DNA of 64,000 nucleotides. It comes from Candidatus Binatia bacterium (GTDB lineage Bacteria > Desulfobacterota > Binatia > DP-6). Below, piece after piece: positions 18,549 through 28,446 of the stretch. The notes beneath the pieces are model-generated. The model saw only the letters and a program-made list of their open reading frames with translations. It had not been told where the DNA came from and ran no database searches. The position numbers were made by a program, and so were the translations under genes. Position 1 is the stretch's first letter; every line of letters begins with the position of its first letter. The stretch covers positions 5,424 through 69,423 of the forward strand of contig JBGQET010000007.1 of the NCBI GenBank assembly GCA_041496545.1, given 5' to 3'.

Positions 18549-21500
18549 ATGGAACGGCTGATCGAGTTCTGCGGCCGCCGGCGCGCGCTCGTCTTCCTGG
18601 CGACGGGCCTCTTCGTAGCGTGGGGCGTCTGGGCCATTCGGCGGACGCCCGTCGACGCCCTGCCCGACCTCTCCGACACGCAGGTCATCGTCTTCACCGA
18701 GTGGATGGGCCGCAGCCCGAACCTCGTCGAGGACCAGATCACTTACCCGATCGTCACCACCTTCCTCGCCGCGCCCCACGTGAAGGTCGTCCGCGGCTTC
18801 ACGATGTTCGGCATGTCCTTCGTCTACATCGTCTTCGAGGACGGGACGGACATCTACTGGGCGCGGAGCCGAACGCTCGAGTACCTCGTGAAGCTCCAGG
18901 GACGCCTCCCGCCCGGCGTCACGCCCCAGATCGGGCCCGATGCGACCGGCCTCGGCTGGGTCTTCGAGTACGCGCTGGTCGACGACACCGGCCAGCACGA
19001 CCTCCAGCAGCTCCGGAGCTTCCAGGACTGGTACCTCCGGTACTGGCTCTCCTCCGTCCCGGGCGTCGCCGAGGTCGCCGGCGTCGGCGGGTACGAGAAG
19101 GAATACCAGATCGAGCTCGACCCGGTGCGGCTCCAGGCCTTCAACGTGTCGATCGGCGACATCGTGCAGGCCGTGCGGATGTCGAACGGCGACGTCGGCG
19201 GGCGGGTGATCGAGCTGGCGGAGCACGAGTACGCCGTGCGCGGCCGCGGCTACATCCAGTCCCGCGACGACCTGGCGAGCATCGCGGTCACGACGAACGC
19301 GGCCGGCACGCCGGTCCGGCTCGGCGACCTGGCGCGGATCCAGGTCGGCGGGGCGATCCGCCGCGGTTTCGCCGAGCTGGACGGACTCGGCGAGACGGTG
19401 GGCGGGATCGTCGTCATGCGCTTCGGCGAGAACGCGCTCGACGTGATCGAGCGGGTGAAGGCGAAGCTCGAGGAGATGAAGGCCGCCTTCCCGCCGGGCG
19501 TCCGGATCGTCACCACGTACGACCGCTCGGATCTCATCCGCGCCTCGGTGGCGACGCTCCGCGACAACCTCGTGCAGGTCATGGTCGTCGTGTGTCTCAC
19601 CGTCGTCGTCTTCCTCTTCCACGTGCGCTCCGCGCTCGTCCCGGCGATCACGCTGCCGGTCGCCGTCGTCCTCTCGTTCATCCCGATGGCCTACATGGGC
19701 CTCACCACCAACATCATGTCGCTGGCGGGGATCATCATCGCGGTCGGCGACATGGTCGACGCGGCCGTCGTGCTGGTGGAGAACGCCCACAAACGCCTCG
19801 AGCACGCGGGCCCCGACGCCGACCGCACGGCGGTCGTGATCGGCGCCGCCAAGGAGCTCGGCCCGCCGATCTTCGGGTCGCTCCTCGTCATCACGATTGC
19901 CTTCCTCCCGGTCTTCACGCTCCAGGCGCAGGAGGGCCGGCTCTTCAAGCCGCTCGCGTACACGAAGACCTTCTCGATGGCGTTCGCCTCCGTGCTCTCG
20001 GTGACGCTCGTCCCCGCGCTCATGGTGACCTTCGTGCGCGGCCGCATCCGCCCGGAGCGGGAGAACCCCGTGAACCGGGCCGTCATGGCCGCCTATCGGC
20101 CCGTGCTGCGCTTCTGCCTCGAGCGGCGGCGGCTCCTGATCGCGGCCGTCGTGCTCGCGCTCGGCGTCACGGTGGTGCCGTTCTTTCGGCTGGGCTCGGA
20201 GTTCATGCCGCCGCTCTACGAGGGTTCGCTTCTGTTCATGCCGATCACCGTCCCGGGCATCTCGATCGAGGAGGCGAAGCGCCTCGTCCAGGAGCAGGAC
20301 CGCCGGCTGAAGGAGTTCCCGGAGGTGGAGACGGTCTTCGGCAAGGCAGGCCGCGCCGAGACGCCGACCGACCCGGCGCCGCTCTCGATGATCGAGACCG
20401 TGGTGGCGTTGAAGCCGCGCACGGCGTGGCGGCCGGGCATGACGTGGGAGCGGCTCGTCCGCGAGATGGACGCCGCCGTCGCCATGCCGGGGCTCCAGGC
20501 GGCGTGGACGATGCCGATCAAGGCGCGGGTCGACATGCTGACGACCGGCATCCGCACGCCCGTCGGCGTCAAGGTCTTCGGCCCCGACCTCGAGGAGATC
20601 GCCCGCGTCGGCGAGTCGCTCGAGAACATCCTGCGCGACGTGCCCGGCACGCGATCGGTGTACGCGGAGCGGGAGCTCGGCGGCTTCTTCATCGACTTCG
20701 TCCCGGACCGGGCCGCGATCGCGCGCTACGGGCTTCGCCTGATGGACGTCATGAACGTCGTCGAGACGGCGATCGGAGGGCTCGACATCGACACCACCAT
20801 CGAGGGCCGCGAGCGCTACCGGGTGAATGTCCGCTACCCGCGCGAGCTGCGCGACACGCCCGAGGAGCTGGCGCGCGTGCTCGTGCCCATTCCCGCGCAG
20901 TCGGGCGGGCTCGGGCCCGCGAACGAAGGTCCCATGGACGGGACGCCGCGTCCCGGCGCCGACGCCATGAGCGGGGGACGCGTCGCGCACGTCCGCCTCG
21001 GGCAGCTCGGCCGGATCACCGCCGCCATGGGCCCCCCGATGATCAAGGACGAGGGCGGGTCGCTCACCGGCTGGGTCTACGTGGACACGTCGCGCAGCGA
21101 CCTCGGCGGCTACGTCGCGGAGGCGAAGCGCGCCGTCGCGCGTGAGCTCCGGCTGAAGCCCGGCTACTACCTCCGCTGGACGGGCACCTACGAGTTCCTC
21201 GAGCGGATGCAGGCGCGGATGCGGATCGTGATCCCGCTCACGGTGGGGATCATCCTGGCGATCCTCTTCGTGAACTTCGGCGGGCTCGCGCAGGCGCTGC
21301 TCGTGCTGTTCTCGGTGCCCTGCGCGGCGATGGGCTCGATCTGGCTCCTGTGGCTCCTTGGCTTCAATACGTCGGTGGCCGTGTGGGTCGGCATGATCGC
21401 GCTCCTCGGCGTTGCGGCCGAGACCGCCTCGATCATGGTGATCTACCTCGACGAGGGCTACGCGCGCTGGCAGGCCGACGGCCGCATCCACACCACGCGC

Positions 21501-21752
21501 GACCTGATCGAGATGGCGATGGAGTCCGCGGTGCTCCGCGTCCGTCCGCTCCTCATGACCGTCGCGATGAACATCTTCGGGCTCATCCCGGTCATGTTCG
21601 ACACCGGCATCGGCTCCGACGTCGCGAAGCGGATCGCCGCGCCGCTCTGGGGTGGCCTCGTCTCGCTCACGCTGCTGACGCTCGCCGTGATCCCGGCCCT
21701 GTACGTGATTTGGCGCGAGCGGCAGCTCCGCCACGCGGAGGCACGGCCGTGA
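18549..21752 (+). CDS. cusA: Heavy-metal efflux RND transporter, CusA/CzcA family
   Basis: It is 1067 aa. The N-terminal 400 aa are collinear with and very similar to E. coli CusA (…PVDALPDLSD.QVI…GPDATG.GW.FEYALVD…). Confidence 0.9.
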   Translation: MERLIEFCGRRRALVFLATGLFVAWGVWAIRRTPVDALPDLSDTQVIVFTEWMGRSPNLVEDQITYPIVTTFLAAPHVKVVRGFTMFGMSFVYIVFEDGTDIYWARSRTLEYLVKLQGRLPPGVTPQIGPDATGLGWVFEYALVDDTGQHDLQQLRSFQDWYLRYWLSSVPGVAEVAGVGGYEKEYQIELDPVRLQAFNVSIGDIVQAVRMSNGDVGGRVIELAEHEYAVRGRGYIQSRDDLASIAVTTNAAGTPVRLGDLARIQVGGAIRRGFAELDGLGETVGGIVVMRFGENALDVIERVKAKLEEMKAAFPPGVRIVTTYDRSDLIRASVATLRDNLVQVMVVVCLTVVVFLFHVRSALVPAITLPVAVVLSFIPMAYMGLTTNIMSLAGIIIAVGDMVDAAVVLVENAHKRLEHAGPDADRTAVVIGAAKELGPPIFGSLLVITIAFLPVFTLQAQEGRLFKPLAYTKTFSMAFASVLSVTLVPALMVTFVRGRIRPERENPVNRAVMAAYRPVLRFCLERRRLLIAAVVLALGVTVVPFFRLGSEFMPPLYEGSLLFMPITVPGISIEEAKRLVQEQDRRLKEFPEVETVFGKAGRAETPTDPAPLSMIETVVALKPRTAWRPGMTWERLVREMDAAVAMPGLQAAWTMPIKARVDMLTTGIRTPVGVKVFGPDLEEIARVGESLENILRDVPGTRSVYAERELGGFFIDFVPDRAAIARYGLRLMDVMNVVETAIGGLDIDTTIEGRERYRVNVRYPRELRDTPEELARVLVPIPAQSGGLGPANEGPMDGTPRPGADAMSGGRVAHVRLGQLGRITAAMGPPMIKDEGGSLTGWVYVDTSRSDLGGYVAEAKRAVARELRLKPGYYLRWTGTYEFLERMQARMRIVIPLTVGIILAILFVNFGGLAQALLVLFSVPCAAMGSIWLLWLLGFNTSVAVWVGMIALLGVAAETASIMVIYLDEGYARWQADGRIHTTRDLIEMAMESAVLRVRPLLMTVAMNIFGLIPVMFDTGIGSDVAKRIAAPLWGGLVSLTLLTLAVIPALYVIWRERQLRHAEARP

Positions 21753-24484
21753 CGACCGACACGCGCTGGCACGCGAAGGTCCCCGCCGACATCGCGCGCG
21801 AGCTTGGCACCGACCTCGTGCGCGGTCTCGACCCGGCGGAAGCGGCGGGCCGCCTCGCGCGCGACGGCCGCAACGAGCTCGAGCGCGGCGAGGCCGCCTC
21901 GCCGTGGTCGAGCTTCGTGGGGCAGTTCAAGAGCCTCGTCATCTGGGTCCTCATCGGGGCGGCCGTCATCTCGGGGCTGCTCGGTGAAGCCGTCGACGCG
22001 GGGGCGATCCTCGCCATCGTGGTGCTGAACGCGCTCATCGGCTTCGCCCAAGAGTACCGCGCCGAGCGCGCCGTCGCCGCGCTCGCGCGGCTGGCGGCGC
22101 CGCGGGCGCGCGTGCTTCGGGGCGGGCACGCGGCCGTCGTTCCCGCCGCCGAGATCGTGCGCGGCGACGTCCTCGTCCTCGACGCTGGCGATCTCGTGGG
22201 CGCGGATGCACGCCTCTTCGACGCCTCGGCGCTTCGCACGACGGAGGCGCCGCTCACCGGTGAGTCCGAGCCGGTGGACAAGCAGACCACTCCATGCCCT
22301 CCCGGGACCGCGCTCGCCGATCGGCGGAACATGGTCTTCCTCGGCACGAGCGTGGCGGGCGGCTCCGGCCGTGCGGTGGTGGTGGCGACGGGGATGGCGA
22401 CCGAAGTCGGACGCATCGCCTCGCTGCTCGAGACCGCGTCGAGCGGGGAGACGCCGCTCCAGCGCAAGCTCGACCAGGTCGGCCGGCGCCTGCTGTGGGC
22501 CTGCCTCGGCATCGTCGTGGTCGTCTTCCTGCTGGGGGCGCTGCGCGGCATCGCCCTCGGGGAGATGTTTCTCGGCGCGGTGAGCCTCGCCGTGGCCGCC
22601 ATCCCCGAGGGCCTGCCTGCCGTGGTGACGATCGCGCTCGCCGTCGGCGTGTCACGCATGGCCCGTCGCAACGCGCTCGTCCGCCGGCTGCCGTCGGTCG
22701 AGACGCTCGGCTGCGCGCAGGTGATCTGCACGGACAAGACGGGGACCCTGACCGTGGGCGAGATGACCGTCCGGCGGATCGTGACGGCCGAGCGGGTGGT
22801 CGCGGTCACGGGGGAGGGCTACGCGACCGAGGGGGGTTTCTTCCAGGACGGTGTCGCGATCGACCCGACCGGCGCGGCCGTGACGCGCGCGCTCCTGGAG
22901 GCCGCCGCAGCGTGTAACGATGCGGAGCTCGTGCGGCGCGACGGCCGCGTCGGCATCGTCGGCGACCCGACCGAGGCCGCGCTCCTGGTCGCGGCGGCGA
23001 AGGCCGGCATTGGCCGCGACAGCATCGAGACGGCGATGCCGAGGTTGGGCTCGATCCCCTTCGACTCCGACCGGAAGCGGATGACGGTGATCCGTCGCCG
23101 GGACGGCGTGCCGTGGGCGTTCGTCAAGGGCGCGCCCGAGGTGCTCCTCGAGCGCTGCACCGCCGTGCGGACGGAGCAGGGCGCGGAATCGTTGCGCGAG
23201 GTGGACCGGGCGCGCATGACCGAGGCGGCGGCGCTCATGGCGAACGAGGCCCTCCGCGTCCTCGCGCTTGCCGAGCGGCGGCTTCCCGGCGAGCCTCGTG
23301 CGGGCGCCGCCGACGAGGTTGAGCGCGACCTGGTCCTCCTCGGCCTGGTCGGTCTGCAGGACCCGCCGCGTGCCGAGGCGCTCGAGGCCGTCCGGAAGTG
23401 CAAGCGCGCGGGCATCCGCACGGTGATGATCACCGGCGACCATCCCGAGACCGCCCGCGCCATCGCACGCGAGCTCGAGATCCTGGAGCGCGGCGACGAG
23501 GCGATCGTCGGCCACGAGCTCGATGAGCTGTCGGACGCGCAGCTCGCCGAGCGCGTCGGTCGCGCTTCGGTGTACGCGCGCGTGACGGCCGAGCACAAGC
23601 TGCGGATCGTGCGTGCATGGAAGGCGAAGGGTGCCGTGGTCGCGATGACGGGCGACGGCGTGAACGACGCGCCGGCGCTGAAGGAGGCCTCGATCGGGAT
23701 CGCCATGGGCATCGCGGGCACCGAGGTCACCAAGGAAGCCGCGGACATGGTGATCACGGACGACAACTTCGCCTCGATCGTCGCCGCCGTCGAGGAGGGC
23801 CGCGGCATCTACGACAACATCGCCAAGACGCTCGCCTACCTGCTCGCCGGGAATGCCGGCGAGCTGCTCGTCACCCTGCTGGCCGTGCTCGTCGGCTGGC
23901 CGTTCCCGCTCCTCCCCATCCAGCTTCTCTGGATCAACCTCGTGACGGACGGCCTGCCGGCGCTCGCTCTCGCGACGGACCCGATCGACCCCGAGGTGCT
24001 GTCCCGGCCGCCACGGCGTCCCGAGGCGCAGCTCATGGACCGGCGCTTCCTCGGGCGGCTCGCCCTCACCGGGATTCTCACCGCCGCCGTCGCACTCGTC
24101 GGCTTCGCCTACGAGTATCGCATCGACCGCAACGTGATGGACGCGAGGAATGCGGCCTTCTCGGTGCTGGTGATCGCGGAGCTCCTGCGCTCCTTCGGCG
24201 CCCGGAGCGAGACCCGGACGGTCTGGGAGCTGGGGCTGCTGTCGAACGCGCGCCTCTTCGCCATCGTGGCCGTGAGCTTCGGCCTGCAGCTGACGATTCA
24301 CCACACGCCCGGGCTCGAAGTCGTGTTCGGGACGGAGCCGATCTCGCTCGGGCAGTGCGTCGCCTGGATCGCGCTCGGCGCGGTGCCGTCGATCCTGCTC
24401 GAGGGAATGAAGATCGTGGGCGCGCGCGGCTGGATCGACCCGGGCGCCGCGACAGCGCTCGGCGGCCGCCAGGGGGCGCGATGA
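21749..24484 (+). CDS. P2-type (SERCA/PMCA-like) cation-transporting P-type ATPase
   Basis: It has ICTDKTGTLT, the PEGLPAVVTIALAVG helix-4 motif (not CPC), TGDGVNDAPAL and MITGD. The GTG start overlaps the cusA stop. Confidence 0.85.
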   Translation: MTTDTRWHAKVPADIARELGTDLVRGLDPAEAAGRLARDGRNELERGEAASPWSSFVGQFKSLVIWVLIGAAVISGLLGEAVDAGAILAIVVLNALIGFAQEYRAERAVAALARLAAPRARVLRGGHAAVVPAAEIVRGDVLVLDAGDLVGADARLFDASALRTTEAPLTGESEPVDKQTTPCPPGTALADRRNMVFLGTSVAGGSGRAVVVATGMATEVGRIASLLETASSGETPLQRKLDQVGRRLLWACLGIVVVVFLLGALRGIALGEMFLGAVSLAVAAIPEGLPAVVTIALAVGVSRMARRNALVRRLPSVETLGCAQVICTDKTGTLTVGEMTVRRIVTAERVVAVTGEGYATEGGFFQDGVAIDPTGAAVTRALLEAAAACNDAELVRRDGRVGIVGDPTEAALLVAAAKAGIGRDSIETAMPRLGSIPFDSDRKRMTVIRRRDGVPWAFVKGAPEVLLERCTAVRTEQGAESLREVDRARMTEAAALMANEALRVLALAERRLPGEPRAGAADEVERDLVLLGLVGLQDPPRAEALEAVRKCKRAGIRTVMITGDHPETARAIARELEILERGDEAIVGHELDELSDAQLAERVGRASVYARVTAEHKLRIVRAWKAKGAVVAMTGDGVNDAPALKEASIGIAMGIAGTEVTKEAADMVITDDNFASIVAAVEEGRGIYDNIAKTLAYLLAGNAGELLVTLLAVLVGWPFPLLPIQLLWINLVTDGLPALALATDPIDPEVLSRPPRRPEAQLMDRRFLGRLALTGILTAAVALVGFAYEYRIDRNVMDARNAAFSVLVIAELLRSFGARSETRTVWELGLLSNARLFAIVAVSFGLQLTIHHTPGLEVVFGTEPISLGQCVAWIALGAVPSILLEGMKIVGARGWIDPGAATALGGRQGAR

Positions 24485-25581
24485 CCACCGACCCCGCGTC
24501 CGAGCCCGCGAGGCGGCCGGCCGGTGCGCTCGGCGCACGCCTCGCCCTCGCGCTGGGCGGCGGCGCCGCGCGGGGCCTCGCCCACATCGGCGTGCTCGAG
24601 GTGCTCGAGCGCGAAGGCATTCGCCCCGACTGCATCGTCGGGAGCAGCATCGGCGGTCTGATCGGAGCGCTCAGCGCGAGCGGCCTGCGCTCGGGGGAGA
24701 TCCGGCGGCTGGCGCGAGGCTTCCACTTCCCGCGCTGGTTCGTTCCCGGGGCCGCGGTGCGGTGGGAGTCCGTCTTCGCCCCTGCGGTCCCGATCCTCTC
24801 CGGCCTGTCGTTCGAGGAGCTGGTGACGCCGCTGGTGGTCACGGCCGTCGACCTCGAGGCCGGCACCCAGGTAATTCTCCGCGCGGGGTCCCTGCTTCCC
24901 GCGGTGCGGGCGACTTGTGCGGTGCCCGGCGTGCTCCCGCCCGAGAAGATCGGGAGCCGCTGGCTCGTGGACGGGGGGCTGGTGAACATTCTGCCCGTGG
25001 ACGTCGCGTGGCTGGTCGAGCCGGACGTGGTGATCGCCGTCAAGGTCGGTGCCACGCGCGCTCGCCATGTCCCCCAGCTCGGCTGGCGCCTCACCGGTCT
25101 CCTCTCGTGGCTGGGTAGCGTGGTGCCGAACCCGGCCACCGCGAAGGTGTCGTTCGAGGTTCTCGTCCGCGCCGCGGAGATCGTCCTCGATCGGCAGACC
25201 GCGCTCGCCACCGCGATGACCGGTCCCGAGGTCCTCGTCGAGCCGGAGCTGCACGACATCGGGCTGCGCGACTTCGATCGGCTCGACGACGCCGTCAAGG
25301 CAGGGCGCCGCGCCGCCGACGAAGTCTTGCCGGAGCTCCTCCGACTGCTCGAAGCACCGCCCAGCTCGGCCGTGCGCAGCCAGCTCGTGTTGACGCTCCG
25401 TTTCGACCCGGTGTGCGCCATGGTGGTCAGCCCCCCTCGTGCCCGCGCGCGGGCGGAGCACGCCGGTACGACGTACTACTTTTGCTCGGCGAATTGCCGC
25501 GATTGCTTCGAGCGCGACCCGGAACGGTTCCTCACCGGCAAGGCGCTCGCGTTTCTCACCAGCCGGGGGGCGCCGCAGTGA
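24481..25581 (+). CDS. Patatin-like phospholipase fused to a C-terminal YHS/TRASH domain
   Basis: It has the GGGAARG oxyanion motif, GSSIGG nucleophile and a DGG motif. The C-terminus reads DPVCAMVV…YYFCSANC. The ATG start overlaps the ATPase stop. Confidence 0.85.
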   Translation: MTTDPASEPARRPAGALGARLALALGGGAARGLAHIGVLEVLEREGIRPDCIVGSSIGGLIGALSASGLRSGEIRRLARGFHFPRWFVPGAAVRWESVFAPAVPILSGLSFEELVTPLVVTAVDLEAGTQVILRAGSLLPAVRATCAVPGVLPPEKIGSRWLVDGGLVNILPVDVAWLVEPDVVIAVKVGATRARHVPQLGWRLTGLLSWLGSVVPNPATAKVSFEVLVRAAEIVLDRQTALATAMTGPEVLVEPELHDIGLRDFDRLDDAVKAGRRAADEVLPELLRLLEAPPSSAVRSQLVLTLRFDPVCAMVVSPPRARARAEHAGTTYYFCSANCRDCFERDPERFLTGKALAFLTSRGAPQ

Positions 25582-25964
25582 CGGGCCATGGGCGAACAGG
25601 CGACGCCGATCTCCGAAGCGGCCGCCGGCCGCGGCTCCCGCGTCATGGCGGGGGTGCAGCGGCACCACGTGACGCTCGGCGCGTTCCCGCCGTCGGCGAC
25701 GGGATTGAGCTTCCGATTCAGTGTGGGCATCCCGACTGCGAATGCCGCGACGCGTGCTGCCGAGTACGCCGGACGACTCGTCGCTGCGTTCCCAGCCTTG
25801 AAGGCTGGGACGGCGTTTCGTCTCATACTTGAGAACGTCGGGGCGGGGGTCCCGCCATGCAGGTGCGTGCCGGGCGGCGGTCCAATTGCAGAAGCACCGA
25901 GGTGGGCCCCTGGCTTTCGAGGATACCCGTGCACGACCGAGGACCAGAACAACCTGCCTCCCGC

Positions 25965-26726
25965 ATGCGATTCAAGGTCGGCGTCATGGGAGGCGCCACC
26001 GGCGTAGCGTCGCGAGAGATACTCGAGAAAGCTCACGCGCTCGGACGCGCGATCGCCAAGACCGGCTGCGTCCTCGTCACCGGCGGATGTCCGGGCCTCC
26101 CGCTCGCCGCCGCCTGCGGGGCGAAGGAGGAGGGAGGCTTCGTGGTCGGCATCTCACCCGGGCTGAGCCTCGACGAGCACGTCTACAAGTACGGCTCTCC
26201 AACCGACTTCCATGACGTCCTGATCTTCACGGGCAGCGGGCTCATGGGACGGGAGGTCGTCAACATCCGCAGCTCCGACATCGTGGTGATCATCGGCGGG
26301 CGCAGCGGCACGCTCGGCGAGCTTGCCATCTCCTACGACGAGGGGAAGCTGATCGGCGTGCTGACCGGCACCGGCGGGATCAGCGACATGGTCGCCGACA
26401 TCCTCGCCGCGTGCGCCAAGGACACCGGCGCGCGGGTCGTCTACGACGCGGATCCGGAGCGCCTGGTCGACCGGCTTCTGCGCCTCTACCGCTCGGAGCA
26501 CCGGCGAAAGCCGTCGTGCTTCTGCGCGGAACGCCGGCCGGACGAGGGAGAGCCCGCCACCCGCGTGTTCCGCGACCCGGTGTGCGGGATGCCGCTCGTC
26601 GCGACCTCCGCGGCCGCGGAGCGTACGGCCGGCGGGGAGCGCCATCTTTTCTGCTCGGTGGCATGTGCCAATCGGTTCGATGCGAATCCGGGTGCCTACA
26701 CCGACGCGAGGGAGCGCCATGCCTGA
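25965..26726 (+). CDS. LOG/TIGR00725-family Rossmann nucleotide-binding protein fused to a C-terminal YHS/TRASH domain
   Basis: It has the GGxGTxxE motif ([12 protein letters not shown]). The C-terminus reads DPVCGMPL…HLFCSVAC. Confidence 0.75.
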   Translation: MRFKVGVMGGATGVASREILEKAHALGRAIAKTGCVLVTGGCPGLPLAAACGAKEEGGFVVGISPGLSLDEHVYKYGSPTDFHDVLIFTGSGLMGREVVNIRSSDIVVIIGGRSGTLGELAISYDEGKLIGVLTGTGGISDMVADILAACAKDTGARVVYDADPERLVDRLLRLYRSEHRRKPSCFCAERRPDEGEPATRVFRDPVCGMPLVATSAAAERTAGGERHLFCSVACANRFDANPGAYTDARERHA

Positions 26727-26899
26727 TCGCACGCTCCACTTCCTCGGCGGCGCAGGTACGGTCACCGGGTCGAAGCATCTCGTCACGGTGGGAGGCCGTC
26801 GGATCCTGCTCGACTGCGGCCTGTTCCAAGGGGCTCAAGGAGCTCCGGCTACTCAACTGGCAAGCGCCTCCATTCGAGCCGCACGCGATCGACGGATGA
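26719..26899 (+). pseudogene. MBL-fold (beta-CASP RNase-like) metallo-hydrolase, N-terminal remnant that is frameshifted and truncated
   Basis: [38 protein letters not shown] reads correctly, then the homology shifts frame ([21 protein letters not shown]) and stops before the HxHxDH motif. Confidence 0.65.
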
Positions 26900-26996
26900 C
26901 AAGCACCCGGCGGGCCACCCGGGAGGGCTCTATTCGATGAAAGGCCGATGCAACGAGCCGCGCGGCCAAAAGCGCGGCGGCAGGAGGAACACGACG

Positions 26997-27407
26997 ATGA
27001 CGCAGAGGAGCTTCACAGTCTGGACGATAGTTGCGCTCGGCATCCTGGGCACGGCGCTGGCGCGAGCCGGGAACGTTTCCGCACCTCCGTCCGGCTACAC
27101 CGGTAAGCTCGACGACCGGCAGATGATCTGCATGACGCAGGACACGGTCCAAGCCAAGCCTGGCCTCGCAGAGGAGTACAAGGGCAAGCGCTACTACCTC
27201 TGCTGCGAGGGGTGCCGCGCCGCCTTCGAGGCGAGCCCGGACCGCTACGCGCGCGCGACCGACCCCGTGAACGGCCAGCAGGTGGACAAGGCCGACGCCC
27301 CAGTCTACGCGTACGGCGGGCGGGCCTACTACTTCAGCTCGGCGGAGACACAGGCGGCGTTCGCGCGGGAGCCGGGGCGCTATCTGAAGGGCTCGCCGGC
27401 GCCGTGA
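26997..27407 (+). CDS. Secreted protein with two tandem YHS/TRASH-like domains
   Basis: It has a signal peptide, then KRYYLCCEGCRAAFEASPDRY and DPVNGQQV…GRAYYFSSAETQAAFAREPGRY. The second domain lacks the Cys residues. Confidence 0.65.
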   Translation: MTQRSFTVWTIVALGILGTALARAGNVSAPPSGYTGKLDDRQMICMTQDTVQAKPGLAEEYKGKRYYLCCEGCRAAFEASPDRYARATDPVNGQQVDKADAPVYAYGGRAYYFSSAETQAAFAREPGRYLKGSPAP

Positions 27408-27425
27408 AGCCGCGCGGTCGGCACC

Positions 27426-28442
27426 ATGGACACCGAGCGAGCCCGAGCCGTGATGCCGGCGGTGCGCGCAATCCTCGCGGGCCTCCTCCTGCTGGCGACC
27501 GCCCGCGCGCGTGGCGCCGAGCCGAGACCCCTCGACGTGGGCACTGGCGAACATTTGGTCGTCGTGGCTCCGCACCCCGATGACGAGACGCTCGGCGCCG
27601 GCGGCCTGATCCAGCGGGTGCTCGAGCGCGGTGGCGCGGTTCGCGTCGTGCTCGTGACGGCCGGCGACGGGTACGTCGAGGCCGTCGTGCACGAGACGGG
27701 TCGGCCCCGGCCGCGTCCAGCCGACTACATCGCATACGGCGAACGCCGGCTTCGCGAGGCGCGTCGGGCCCTTCGCGAGCTCGGCGGCGACGCCATCCGC
27801 GCGGAGCATCTGCTCGGCTTCCCGGACGGCGGTCTGGATTCGCTCTTGACCGCGCACTGGCAGCGGATGTCCCCCGAGCGCTCCGCGACCACCGACGCTT
27901 CCCGGCCGCCCTACCCGGAGGCGGAGCATCCCGAGGCGCACTACGACGGCGACGATCTGCGCGCCGCGCTTCTCCGGTGCTCCCGCGAGATCCGTCCGAC
28001 GCTGATCGCGTTCCCCGACCCGGCCGACCGCCATCCGGATCATCACGCCGCGGGACTCTTCACGCTCCTCGCCGTGGACGACATGGCGCGCGCCAAGGAG
28101 ACACTGCCCCGCCTCGTCGCTTACCTCGTTCACTGGCCGCACTGGCCGCCGGGCTGGGACGCCGCGGCGCCGTCGCCCGACGTCACGGCAGCGCCGCTCG
28201 AGCTGCCGCGGACGCTTCCCGCACGGGGACTCGCGCGCGCCGTTCTCACTCTAAGCGACGGGGAGGTCGTCGCGAAGGGCGCCGCTCTCGCTCGGTACGC
28301 GAGCCAGCAGCGGGAGGTCAGGCCGCTGTTGGCGGCGTTCGTGCGTCGCACGGAGCCGTTCACGGTCTTCACACTTGCGGAGCTGCGGCGGATCGAGGAG
28401 ATGACCGCGCGTTGCGGCCGACCGCGTTCGCGCGATAGGTAG
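27426..28442 (+). CDS. PIG-L/LmbE-family N-acetylglucosaminyl deacetylase
   Basis: It has the VVAPHPDDETLGAGG motif and a possible signal peptide. Confidence 0.75.
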   Translation: MDTERARAVMPAVRAILAGLLLLATARARGAEPRPLDVGTGEHLVVVAPHPDDETLGAGGLIQRVLERGGAVRVVLVTAGDGYVEAVVHETGRPRPRPADYIAYGERRLREARRALRELGGDAIRAEHLLGFPDGGLDSLLTAHWQRMSPERSATTDASRPPYPEAEHPEAHYDGDDLRAALLRCSREIRPTLIAFPDPADRHPDHHAAGLFTLLAVDDMARAKETLPRLVAYLVHWPHWPPGWDAAAPSPDVTAAPLELPRTLPARGLARAVLTLSDGEVVAKGAALARYASQQREVRPLLAAFVRRTEPFTVFTLAELRRIEEMTARCGRPRSRDR

Positions 28443-28446
28443 ACCG

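Noticed and set aside
18318-21734. A 1138-aa minus-strand ORF, and a 841-aa ORF in another + frame, across cusA
   Set aside because: The in-frame CusA sequence is unambiguous. The others are frame-shadow ORFs with R/D/H/G low-complexity sequence.
22652-24538. A 628-aa minus-strand ORF opposite the P-type ATPase
   Set aside because: It is antisense to a gene carrying the full set of P-type ATPase motifs. There is no domain signal.
25581-25965. A possible small gene (ORF 25588..26007) between the patatin and LOG genes
   Set aside because: It has no motifs. It overlaps the LOG start region, and its codon bias is unconvincing. It is more likely a promoter and leader for the LOG–YHS gene.
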